Notes under the pieces: model-generated | What the model was told of the DNA's origin: nothing | Databases searched by the model: none | What the model saw: only the letters and a program-made list of their open reading frames with translations | Source of the DNA: Acidobacteriota bacterium | GTDB lineage: Bacteria; Acidobacteriota; Terriglobia; Terriglobales; Acidobacteriaceae | DNA: 45,510 nt | Assembly (NCBI GenBank): GCA_021851465.1 | Contig: JAJZDL010000001.1 | Span: forward strand, 1 to 45,510 | Reading direction: 5' to 3' | Shown: positions 8,237-15,811 of the stretch, in pieces | Layout: every line of letters begins with the position of its first letter | Position numbering within the stretch: the stretch's first letter is position 1 | Made by a program: the position numbers and the translations under genes

Positions 8237-9864
8237 GACTTCTTCGCTGCTCAATACTCGCTGCCGCGATGGCGATCGCAGGTTGCCATGGTCCGGTGCG
8301 GGAGGCGGGGACGGTGGTGGTGCTCCTGGAGAGCAGCCCGAACAACCTCGATCCACGGCAGGGAACGGACGCGCAGTCGGAGCATGTGGGCGGGTTGATC
8401 TTCGACGCGCTGGTGAAGAAGGACGAGCACTACAACCTCGTCCCGTGGCTGGCGACGAGCTGGGAGCAGCCGGACGCGCTGACCTGGGTCTTCCATCTGC
8501 GCGACGGGGTGCGGTTCCAGGACGGGCGACCGCTGGAGGCGGCGGATGTGGTTTGGACCATCGAGAGTTTGATCGAGCCAAAGCTGGCGGGTCTGATCTC
8601 GGCCAAGAGCGGTGCGTTCGCGACGGTGGACCATGCGGAGGCGCGCGACCGCCTGACCGTGGTGGTGCGCATGAAGCGGCCCGACGCAGGGCTGCTCTTC
8701 AATTTAAGCGATGGATTGTTTGGCGTGGTTCCGCGCGGCGCGGGCAGCGACTTCGGGCTGCATCCGATGGGGTCGGGGCCGTTCCGGTTTGTGAGCCAGG
8801 TGCAGGACAAGGATGTAGTGCTGGAGCGGTTTGATGGGTGCTGGAGCGATTCCCTCCAGGCCTCAGAATGGAGACCTGGGGCACCCGCACCCGGTAATAG
8901 CGGTCAGTTGCCGTATGCCAGTGGCCAGAAAGACCGGGCGATGATTCAACGATTGCGGTTCGAGGTGGTGCCGGACACGATCACGAGCGCGCTGGAGCTG
9001 CAAAAGGGAACGGCGGACGTGGCCAGCAATGTGCTGACGCCAGACATGGTCTACGCGCTGCGCGACGTTGCGGGGCTGGCGACGACGAGCGGGGCGGGGT
9101 CGAATGTGTGGTATCTGAACTTCAACGTGGCGGACCCGGCATTGCGCGACAAGCGAGTGCGGCAGGCCGTGGCGCTGGCGATGGATCGGCCCGCAATCGT
9201 CGCGGCGCTGTGGCGCGGAGAGGCACGGCTGGCAGATACGCTGCTGCCGCCGGGAGACTGGGCGGCGGCGACGGATGCGGAGCTGGCGCAGTATCCGCAC
9301 GACCCGGCGCGCGCGGCGGCGCTGCTACAGGCGGCGGGGTTGCCGGCGGGGCGCGACGGCATTCGGCTGCACCTGACGCTGAAGATCAGCACGGACGAGA
9401 CGACGCGGCTACTCGCGATGGTGTTGCAACAGCAGTTGCGCGCGGCGGGAATTGAGATACAGATACGCTCGGCGGAGTTTGGAACGTTCTATGCGGATGT
9501 AACGCACGGCGCGTTTCAGATGTACCTTCTGAAGTGGGTCGGGTCGAACGAAGACCCGGACATCTTTCGCTATATGTACGGGGCTGGGAGTTTTCCACCG
9601 AAGGGCGCGAACCGCGGGCACTATGTAAATGCACGGGGGGACGCTCTGTTGGCTCAGGCTGCGGCGGAGTCCGGACCGGCGGCGGTCGTGCAGGCGCGGC
9701 GGCGCACGGAGTACGTCGAGGTGCAGCAGATTCTGGCCGACGAGGCGCCCACCATTCCGTTGTGGTTCCCCGACAACGTGGTGGTTCATACGCGGCGATT
9801 GCATGGGGTGGCGCCGCGTGGAGACGGGAGCTTCGATTTTCTGCGCGATGCGTGGGTGCGGTAG
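8233..9864 (+). CDS. ABC transporter substrate-binding lipoprotein, family 5 (DppA/OppA-like)
   Basis: Lipobox IAGC; LDP, LATSWE, FHLRDGVRFQDG, GSGPF, VRQAVALAMDR, QQILADEAPTIPL. ATGA overlap with the anmK stop. Confidence 0.9.
   Translation: MRLLRCSILAAAMAIAGCHGPVREAGTVVVLLESSPNNLDPRQGTDAQSEHVGGLIFDALVKKDEHYNLVPWLATSWEQPDALTWVFHLRDGVRFQDGRPLEAADVVWTIESLIEPKLAGLISAKSGAFATVDHAEARDRLTVVVRMKRPDAGLLFNLSDGLFGVVPRGAGSDFGLHPMGSGPFRFVSQVQDKDVVLERFDGCWSDSLQASEWRPGAPAPGNSGQLPYASGQKDRAMIQRLRFEVVPDTITSALELQKGTADVASNVLTPDMVYALRDVAGLATTSGAGSNVWYLNFNVADPALRDKRVRQAVALAMDRPAIVAALWRGEARLADTLLPPGDWAAATDAELAQYPHDPARAAALLQAAGLPAGRDGIRLHLTLKISTDETTRLLAMVLQQQLRAAGIEIQIRSAEFGTFYADVTHGAFQMYLLKWVGSNEDPDIFRYMYGAGSFPPKGANRGHYVNARGDALLAQAAAESGPAAVVQARRRTEYVEVQQILADEAPTIPLWFPDNVVVHTRRLHGVAPRGDGSFDFLRDAWVR
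8855..8892 (+). repeat. Family B repeat in-frame in the ABC-binding gene
   Basis: TCCAGGCCTCAGAATGGAGACCTGGGGCACCCGCACCC, a hairpin CCAGG..CCTGG, encodes LQASEWRPGAPAP. Confidence 0.75.
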
Positions 9865-9967
9865 GGGCGGAGCTTCGAGTGGAGGTTGAGCGGTGGGACG
9901 GCGGGCGCGTGCGGGGAGGGTCGCACGATTGGCCGGAATCGGCAACAATAGAGAGGAGGGAAGCTGC

Positions 9968-10636
9968 ATGAGGAGAAGGCACGGGATGGCCGAGGGAACG
10001 GCGGTGCAGGAGATCGAGGAGAGCGAATTGAGAGCCAAAGGGTTGAAGGAGAGAGACGGGAAGGGCGGAGAGGCGCAGGCGGAGGGAACGCATTCGGCGG
10101 GCGGGAACGCTGTGCCTGTGGGCGCTGAGGCACAGGCGGAGGGCGAGAGCGCTGCGTTGGGGGAACCGTCGCTGAAGAGCGAGTTGGAGCAGGCGCGCGG
10201 AGAGCGCGACCAGTTGATGGACCGTCTGGCGCGGTTGCAGGCGGAGTTCGAGAACACGCGCCGGCGCGAGGCGAAGGAGCGGGCCGACCTGCGGGACTAC
10301 GCGGTGCAACATGCGGTCGAGCCGTTTCTCGGCGTGATGGACAACTTTCAACTGGCGCTGAAGGCGGACGGAACGCTGGAGCAGTTGCGCGCGGGCGTGG
10401 AACTGATCCTGAAGCAGATGGAGGAGGCGCTGAAGGGGCTGCATGTGCAGGCGGTGGAGACGGTGGGGACACAGTTCGATCCGCGAGTCCACGAGGCGCT
10501 GGGAAGCATCGAAACGACGGAGCATCCCGACCATCAGGTGATGGAGGAGGTGCGGCGGGGGTACCGCATCCGGGAGAAGCTGCTGCGCCCGGCGCTGGTG
10601 CGGATCGCGAACAACAGGGCCGTGGTAGGTGAGTAG
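9968..10636 (+). CDS. grpE: Nucleotide exchange factor GrpE
   Basis: RLQAEFENTRRR, FDPRVHEA, EEVRRGY...LLRPALV. SD GAGGAGG lies upstream of ATG 9968. Confidence 0.93.
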   Translation: MRRRHGMAEGTAVQEIEESELRAKGLKERDGKGGEAQAEGTHSAGGNAVPVGAEAQAEGESAALGEPSLKSELEQARGERDQLMDRLARLQAEFENTRRREAKERADLRDYAVQHAVEPFLGVMDNFQLALKADGTLEQLRAGVELILKQMEEALKGLHVQAVETVGTQFDPRVHEALGSIETTEHPDHQVMEEVRRGYRIREKLLRPALVRIANNRAVVGE

Positions 10637-10676
10637 CGGCCGGCAAAGACAGGGGCAAGTGCAGGCGCGAAGTGCT

Positions 10677-10704
10677 GAGGTTCTTCGCTGCGCTCGGAAT
10701 GACA
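10677..10704 (-). repeat. Family A palindromic repeat
   Basis: Minus strand TGTCATTCCGAGCGCAGCGAAGAACCTC, between grpE and dnaJ. Confidence 0.8.
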
Positions 10705-10769
10705 GATCGTTTTGATGGGCGACAATCGATTGTGACCGAAAAATAATTGTGGCGGGAAAACTTTAAGAG

Positions 10770-11918
10770 ATGAGTGCGACGGCAAACGTGACCAAGGAAG
10801 ATTTTTACGAGATATTGGGGGTATCGCGGGGCGCGAGCGATCAGGAGCTGAAGGCCAGCTACCGTCGGCTTGCGATGCAGCACCATCCGGATCGGAACCC
10901 GAACAACCCTGAAGCAGAGGAGCGCTTCAAGGCGTGCAGCGAGGCGTACCAGGTGCTGAGCGACCCGGAGAAGCGCGCGGCGTACGACCGGTACGGCCAT
11001 GCGGCGTTCCAGGGCGGTGGCCCTGGCGCGGGCAATCCATTTCAGGGTGCGGGGTTTCAAGGCGACCTGGGCGACATCTTCGGCGACCTGTTCGGCGAGA
11101 TGTTCAACATGGGCGGCGGTGGCGGGCGGCGGGCCTCGCGTGTGCAGCGCGGGCGCGACCTGCGCTTCGACATGGAACTGGAGTTCGAGGAGGCGGTCTT
11201 CGGCGTGGAGCGGGAGATCGAGATTCGGCGGCTGGAGGCGTGCGAGGAGTGCCGCGGGACGGGCAGCGCGAAGGGCAAGGCCCCGGCGGCCTGCTCGCAG
11301 TGCGGCGGTCGCGGACAGGTGCGGTTTCAGCAGGGGTTCTTCTCTGTGGCCAAGACCTGCGGACGATGCAATGGGACGGGGACGACGATTGCCGACCCGT
11401 GTACGGCGTGCCGTGGCGAGGGATTGCAGGCAAAGAAGCACACGATCATGGTGAAGGTCCCGGCGGGCGTGGAACAGGAGACGCGAATCCGCTACCAGGG
11501 CGAGGGCGAGGCGGGGCGTTTTGGCGGGCCGGCGGGCGATCTGTATGTGGTGCTGAGCGTGAAGCCGCACAAGTTCTTCGAGCGCGATGGGGACGACCTG
11601 CACTGCGTCCTGCCGATCTCGTTTCCGCAGGCTGCGCTGGGAGCGGAGTTGCAGATCGAGACGCTGGAGGGGCCGGCGACGATCAAGATACCCGAGGGAA
11701 CGCAGAGCGGGCGCGCGTTCAAACTGCGCGGCAAGGGCGTGCCGCACCTGAACTCGCGCGGCAAGGGCGACCTGGTTGTGGAGGTGCGCGTGGCGACGCC
11801 GTCCAAGCTGAACAAGGAGCAGCGCGATCTGCTGCGGCAGTTGAGTGAGACGATGACGGTGGAGAACACGCCGACCAGCCGTGGGCTGTTCGAGAAGATG
11901 AAGGAGATCTTCAGCTAA
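10770..11918 (+). CDS. dnaJ: Chaperone DnaJ
   Basis: DFYEILGV, HPD motif, G/F-rich region, four CxxCxGxG repeats, C-terminal domain. Confidence 0.97.
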   Translation: MSATANVTKEDFYEILGVSRGASDQELKASYRRLAMQHHPDRNPNNPEAEERFKACSEAYQVLSDPEKRAAYDRYGHAAFQGGGPGAGNPFQGAGFQGDLGDIFGDLFGEMFNMGGGGGRRASRVQRGRDLRFDMELEFEEAVFGVEREIEIRRLEACEECRGTGSAKGKAPAACSQCGGRGQVRFQQGFFSVAKTCGRCNGTGTTIADPCTACRGEGLQAKKHTIMVKVPAGVEQETRIRYQGEGEAGRFGGPAGDLYVVLSVKPHKFFERDGDDLHCVLPISFPQAALGAELQIETLEGPATIKIPEGTQSGRAFKLRGKGVPHLNSRGKGDLVVEVRVATPSKLNKEQRDLLRQLSETMTVENTPTSRGLFEKMKEIFS

Positions 11919-12727
11919 AGGCAGATGTGCGTTGTGTGCAGTGCGCCGCCGATTGCGATGGCGGCGATGGCTGCGGTCTCTGCGCGGAGGATGCGTGGGC
12001 CGAGGGTGACGTGCGTCCAGTGGTGCGTGGTGAATGCGGAGATCTCTTCGGGAGTCCAGCCGCCTTCCGGGCCGATGGCGAGGGCGAGGGTGGTGTCGCA
12101 GCGAGCAAAATGCGCGGGTTCTTCGCCCCGCTCAGAATAACAATCCTTCTTGCCATCATTAAAAAAAGGGCGAACGCCCTCCAACGCGGCGGCGAGGGTA
12201 AGCGACTGCTCGGTTTCGCTGAGGAGGATGCGCATGGGGGCGGACTCGCGGGCGAGTGCGGAGGGGAGCGAGATGGGGTCGAGGATCTCGGGGACATCGG
12301 TTCGGCGAGACTGCTTGGCGGATTCGAGGGCGATCCGCCGCCATCGCTCGACGCGCTTGGCGGCGGCGAGGGCAAGGTGTTTCTCCGTGCGGCGGGCGAG
12401 AATGGGCGTGATGCGGGCGACACCGAGTTCGGTGATTTTCTCGATGGCCCACTCGAAGCGGTCGAACTTGAAGACGGCAAGCAGGAGATGGATGGGGAGG
12501 GCCGCATCGGACTGCAACTCTTCGTGCAGGGTGAAGCGAACCTCCGATTCAGAGACCGCGGTGACTTCTGCGCGGTGGAGGAAGCCGTTGGCTACAACGT
12601 CGAAGACCTGGCCGGGCTGGGCGCGAAGGACGCGCGCGAGGTGGATCGCTTGCTCACCGGTGAGGGCGGCGTGGGTAGGGTGAGCGGATTGAGGCGACCA
12701 GGTGTCGGCGATCCAGCGGCGGCGCAT
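11915..12727 (-). CDS. rsmE: 16S rRNA m3U1498 methyltransferase
   Basis: HLARVLR, EKITELGV, ESAKQSRR, IGPEGG, LGPRILRAETA. Start at MRRRWIAD; convergent 4-bp overlap with dnaJ. Confidence 0.95.
   Translation of the reverse strand: MRRRWIADTWSPQSAHPTHAALTGEQAIHLARVLRAQPGQVFDVVANGFLHRAEVTAVSESEVRFTLHEELQSDAALPIHLLLAVFKFDRFEWAIEKITELGVARITPILARRTEKHLALAAAKRVERWRRIALESAKQSRRTDVPEILDPISLPSALARESAPMRILLSETEQSLTLAAALEGVRPFFNDGKKDCYSERGEEPAHFARCDTTLALAIGPEGGWTPEEISAFTTHHWTHVTLGPRILRAETAAIAAIAIGGALHTTHICL
12091..12142 (-). repeat. Family A repeat in-frame in rsmE
   Basis: TGTTATTCTGAGCGGGGCGAAGAACCCGCGCATTTT is 32/36 identical to the intergenic copy at 34327-34362 and encodes CYSERGEEPAHFARCDT. Confidence 0.85.
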
Positions 12728-12781
12728 CGGGAAGGGCAAAGCGAGAGAGATTTTACAGATTGTTGGGTACCGTGCCCCCAA

Positions 12782-12817
12782 AAATACGGGGATTCTTCAC
12801 TGCGTTCAGAATGACAA
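12782..12817 (-). repeat. Family A palindromic repeat
   Basis: Minus strand TTGTCATTCTGAACGCAGTGAAGAATCCCCGTATTT. Confidence 0.8.
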
Positions 12818-12868
12818 TTTTTTATCTCTTGAGCAACTGGGAAGACGGGGCTGCTAAAAGACTGACTG

Positions 12869-13432
12869 TCAGGGTTTTGGGATGGCGACGGTGATGGGGT
12901 CCTGGTGGTAGAAGTCGAGGGTGATGTCGGCGGACTTGCGCTGGTTCCAGTCGGCCTGGGTGATAGGGAAGTTGAGGATGACCATTCCTTCGGCGCGGTT
13001 GCCGGGCTGGATGGCGGTGTCGCGCAGCAGTGGCGCGGAGGCGAGGGGCACGAGCGCGGGAAAAGCGGTGTAGAGGGTGTCGAGGTCGTTCTTCTCGACG
13101 GCGCTGGTAGAGGTAACGGTACCGTCGGACGCAGTGAGCGTGGCGGTTATGTCCTTGATGAAGACCGGATCGTTGAGACGATTGTCGAGGCGGAGCGTGG
13201 CGAGAACGTAGAAGTCGTCCTGAAAGGGGTCTTGATGGCCGACGAGCTTGGAGTCGGACTTGAAGACTGTATGCGTGGGCAGGACTGCGACGTGGGTGAT
13301 GGCGAGCTTGACGGTGTGGTGTGCGATGTAGAGGTAGAAGAGGCCGCCAGCGATGCCGAGCGCGGCGATGGCGATGAGGGCGGGAAGCAGGAAGCTGCGG
13401 CGTTCCGGTTGAGCGAAGGCGAGTTCGGACAT
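12869..13432 (-). CDS. Hypothetical membrane-anchored protein (single N-terminal TM, beta-rich extracytoplasmic domain)
   Basis: 187 aa with codon usage like its neighbours; hydrophobic stretch FLLPALIAIAALGIAGGLFYLY; extended -10 TGtTATCCT 7 nt before the ATG. Confidence 0.75.
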   Translation of the reverse strand: MSELAFAQPERRSFLLPALIAIAALGIAGGLFYLYIAHHTVKLAITHVAVLPTHTVFKSDSKLVGHQDPFQDDFYVLATLRLDNRLNDPVFIKDITATLTASDGTVTSTSAVEKNDLDTLYTAFPALVPLASAPLLRDTAIQPGNRAEGMVILNFPITQADWNQRKSADITLDFYHQDPITVAIPKP

Positions 13433-13486
13433 GGAGGAAAGGATAACAGCGAAGGTCGGTGAGCGGTTGACGCTCGCCGACGGTGG

Positions 13487-14536
13487 TCAAGGGAGGTCTT
13501 TTCGGACGAGGTACTCGTCCATGAGAACGGCGATGAGGGCTGCGGTGGGGACTGCGACGAGCGCGCCGGGGATGCCTGCCAGCTCGGTCCCGGCGATGAG
13601 CGCGATGAGGATGGCGAGGCCCATGAGGTTGACGCTGTGGCGCATGATGCGTGGGATGAGGACTGCGTTTTCGATGTTGACGTAGACCGCGTAGAAGAGG
13701 AAGACGGCAGCCATCTTGGTCCATGAGTCGAGCGCCGCGACAAAGGCGACGAGCAGGATGGTGACGACGCCCCCGGCGATGGGGACGATGTTCATCAGGC
13801 CCATGAGGATGCCGAGAAGGAAGAAGTAGCGGACGTGCAGCAGGCCGAAGACGAGGGTGCTGGAGAGGCCGAGGATGAGCATCAGCAGGGCCTGTCCGAA
13901 GAGCCACTTGCTCATGCGCAGCTCGGCGCGTTGCAGCGTGGAGTCGAGGCGCAGGCGGTTGGCGGGGGAGAAGAGCGTGAGCATCCAGAGGTAGGCGCGG
14001 TCGCCTTCCAGCATGAAGTAAACGCAAAGGACGAGAGCGGTGAGCAGGTTGAAGAAGTGGCCCATCCAGTCCGGGAAGGATGCGAGGAGAAAGGCGGCGG
14101 AGGAGGAGAGCGCATCTTCGGCGCGTTGCGTGATTGCATCGACTCCGAGCTTGTCGGCGAGCGGAATGCGCTTGATGCGGGCGAGGATGGGAGGAATGCG
14201 CGCAGGCAGGTCGGTGGCGAACTGGCGAAGATTTCGGATGACGGGCGGGAGACCGACGACGAAGAAGAGTGCGATTGCGAGAAAGGCGCAGGTGAGCAAG
14301 AGCGCGATGGCGAGACCGCGCGAGATGCGGCGCGAGCCACGCATCCGGAAGGACATGATGCCGTTGACCGCGGGCGTGAGCACGACTGCGAAGAGCGCAC
14401 TGATATAGACGAGGGTGAGGACTTCGCGCAGGCGCCAGGCCAGTGCGAGGGCCAGCAGAACGGCGATGGTGAAGAGGATGTGTCCGCGGACGATGCCGTT
14501 GTCCTGTTCTGTCGGAGTGGAGGGCGAGGTGGGCAG
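13487..14536 (-). CDS. AI-2E family (PerM/TqsA-like) transporter
   Basis: Multi-TM protein; VLTPAVN, YFMLEG, WLFGQ, NIVPIAG, IENAVLIPRIM, GIPGALVAVPTAA. Start is uncertain (CTG 14536 after AAGGAG, or ATG 14587). Confidence 0.88.
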   Translation of the reverse strand: MPTSPSTPTEQDNGIVRGHILFTIAVLLALALAWRLREVLTLVYISALFAVVLTPAVNGIMSFRMRGSRRISRGLAIALLLTCAFLAIALFFVVGLPPVIRNLRQFATDLPARIPPILARIKRIPLADKLGVDAITQRAEDALSSSAAFLLASFPDWMGHFFNLLTALVLCVYFMLEGDRAYLWMLTLFSPANRLRLDSTLQRAELRMSKWLFGQALLMLILGLSSTLVFGLLHVRYFFLLGILMGLMNIVPIAGGVVTILLVAFVAALDSWTKMAAVFLFYAVYVNIENAVLIPRIMRHSVNLMGLAILIALIAGTELAGIPGALVAVPTAALIAVLMDEYLVRKDLP

Positions 14537-14597
14537 GGTCTGCTCCTTTTGCGGGATGCGCGGTGCCGTGCATCCAGTACGATGCATCCAGTGTGCC

Positions 14598-15218
14598 TCA
14601 AGCAGAGGGCTTGTGTGTGGCCAGACGGTCGAGGAGGACGGCGACAGTCTGCTCGGGGGAGAGGCCGGCGGTGTCCAGCGTGAGCTGGGCGAGGCGGCGG
14701 TAGATGGGCTGGCGAAGGAGAAAGCGTGCCTCGGCGGCGGCGGAGTCGGCGAGCAGAGGACGAAGCTGGCTGGCGGCCTCGTTGGGTGCGATGCCGGAGG
14801 CCGCGGGGTTGAGGGCCTGCATCATGCATCGGTCGAAGAGAGTTGCGAATGGGGCGTCGAGGAAGATGGTTGCAGTCTGCGGGGTCTGCTCCAGGAGAAG
14901 GCGGTTGGTGAGGACCTCCGGCGCGCCTCCGCCGAGGGCCAGAACGAGGCTGCTGCGGCCGAGGGCGGAGGCCAGGGCCGCGGACTCAAGCTGGCGGAAG
15001 TGCGCTTCGCCGTGAGTCGAGAAGATGGAGGGGACTGTGAGGCCAGTGCGCGACTCGATGTAGGCATCGAGGTCGAGGAAGTCCCAGGCAAGGCGATCGG
15101 CTAGCAGGCGCCCGACGGTGGTCTTGCCGGCACCCATGAATCCGGTGAGAACGAGGCGTTGGAGATGCGGCGGCGCGGCCACGGCGTTGTGGGGCTCGGC
15201 TGCGGACTGGACGATCAT
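14598..15218 (-). CDS. aroK: Shikimate kinase
   Basis: LTGFMGAGKTTVGRLLA, FLDLD, GEAHFRQLES, LALGGG, RPLL, RQPIY. SD AAGGAG. Confidence 0.95.
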   Translation of the reverse strand: MIVQSAAEPHNAVAAPPHLQRLVLTGFMGAGKTTVGRLLADRLAWDFLDLDAYIESRTGLTVPSIFSTHGEAHFRQLESAALASALGRSSLVLALGGGAPEVLTNRLLLEQTPQTATIFLDAPFATLFDRCMMQALNPAASGIAPNEAASQLRPLLADSAAAEARFLLRQPIYRRLAQLTLDTAGLSPEQTVAVLLDRLATHKPSA

Positions 15219-15340
15219 TGCGGCTCCTTGGTGGAAAGCGACGGCAAGAGCGAGAAGCAGGGCCCTCCGCTATGTTGCGGAACGGCAAATAAAAACAGCG
15301 CAAGCAAAGGAACAGGGCTAACAAAAAACGTCAGTGCGGC

Positions 15341-15378
15341 AAAAAGGAAAGCCGCGACCATTTGCTTGGGTCGCGGCT
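15341..15378 (-). terminator. Intrinsic terminator of the aroK leader (attenuator)
   Basis: Minus strand AGCCGCGACC-CAAGCAAAT-GGTCGCGGCT-TTCCTTTTT: a perfect 10-bp stem plus U tract, 120 nt upstream of aroK. Confidence 0.85.
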
Positions 15379-15416
15379 CCGTGGATATGGCGGATGCTCT
15401 GAAGTTCGATCTTTTT

Positions 15417-15515
15417 TTATCGATCCAGAGATGCACGCAAGCCCAGCAGACCCGCTCCCTGCCGCCATGGGCAGGGATAGGTAAAGCAGGCGTACATTGG
15501 CGAGCGCTGTTTCAT
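15417..15515 (-). CDS. Putative aromatic-amino-acid leader peptide (32 aa)
   Basis: MKQRSPMYACFTYPCPWRQGAGLLGLRASLDR, with Y, F, Y, W clustered at codons 8-17; lies between the promoter and the terminator. Confidence 0.7.
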   Translation of the reverse strand: MKQRSPMYACFTYPCPWRQGAGLLGLRASLDR

Positions 15516-15525
15516 CCTGATTGTG

Positions 15526-15555
15526 AGAGTACACCGGCGAAGAAAATGGATGCAA
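15526..15555 (-). promoter_or_regulatory. sigma70-type promoter of the aroK leader
   Basis: TTGCAT-N18-TACTCT, ending 10 nt before the leader ATG. Confidence 0.55.
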
Positions 15556-15696
15556 GCGAATAATGCGTATGGGCCAGGGCAATCGCGTTTGAAGATCTTT
15601 CTGGGCAAAGACGGTTGGTTCCTGGGCTGTGAGCTTGGAGGCTCACTCTTCGTGGTTGCCTGAAAACTACGCACTTGCATTCAACGAGGAGACAAA

Positions 15697-15722
15697 CAAC
15701 GACGAAATACGGAGGTTCTTCG
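15697..15722 (-). repeat. Truncated 3' half of a family A repeat
   Basis: Minus strand CGAAGAACCTCCGTATTTCGTCGTTGT; the GTCAT half is missing. Confidence 0.6.
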
Positions 15723-15811
15723 GGGCGTTGGCCGCGGTACAGCCAAGCAATCGCCCTGGCCTCGCATCCGCTCGCCACGCTTTCCGCAGATGACAGGCGT
15801 ATAAAGGGCAA

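Noticed and set aside
15159-15680. Longer ORFs across the aroK leader (15159-15563, 15331-15582, 15417-15680)
   Set aside because: No coding bias. Only the 15417-15515 part fits the promoter and terminator geometry.
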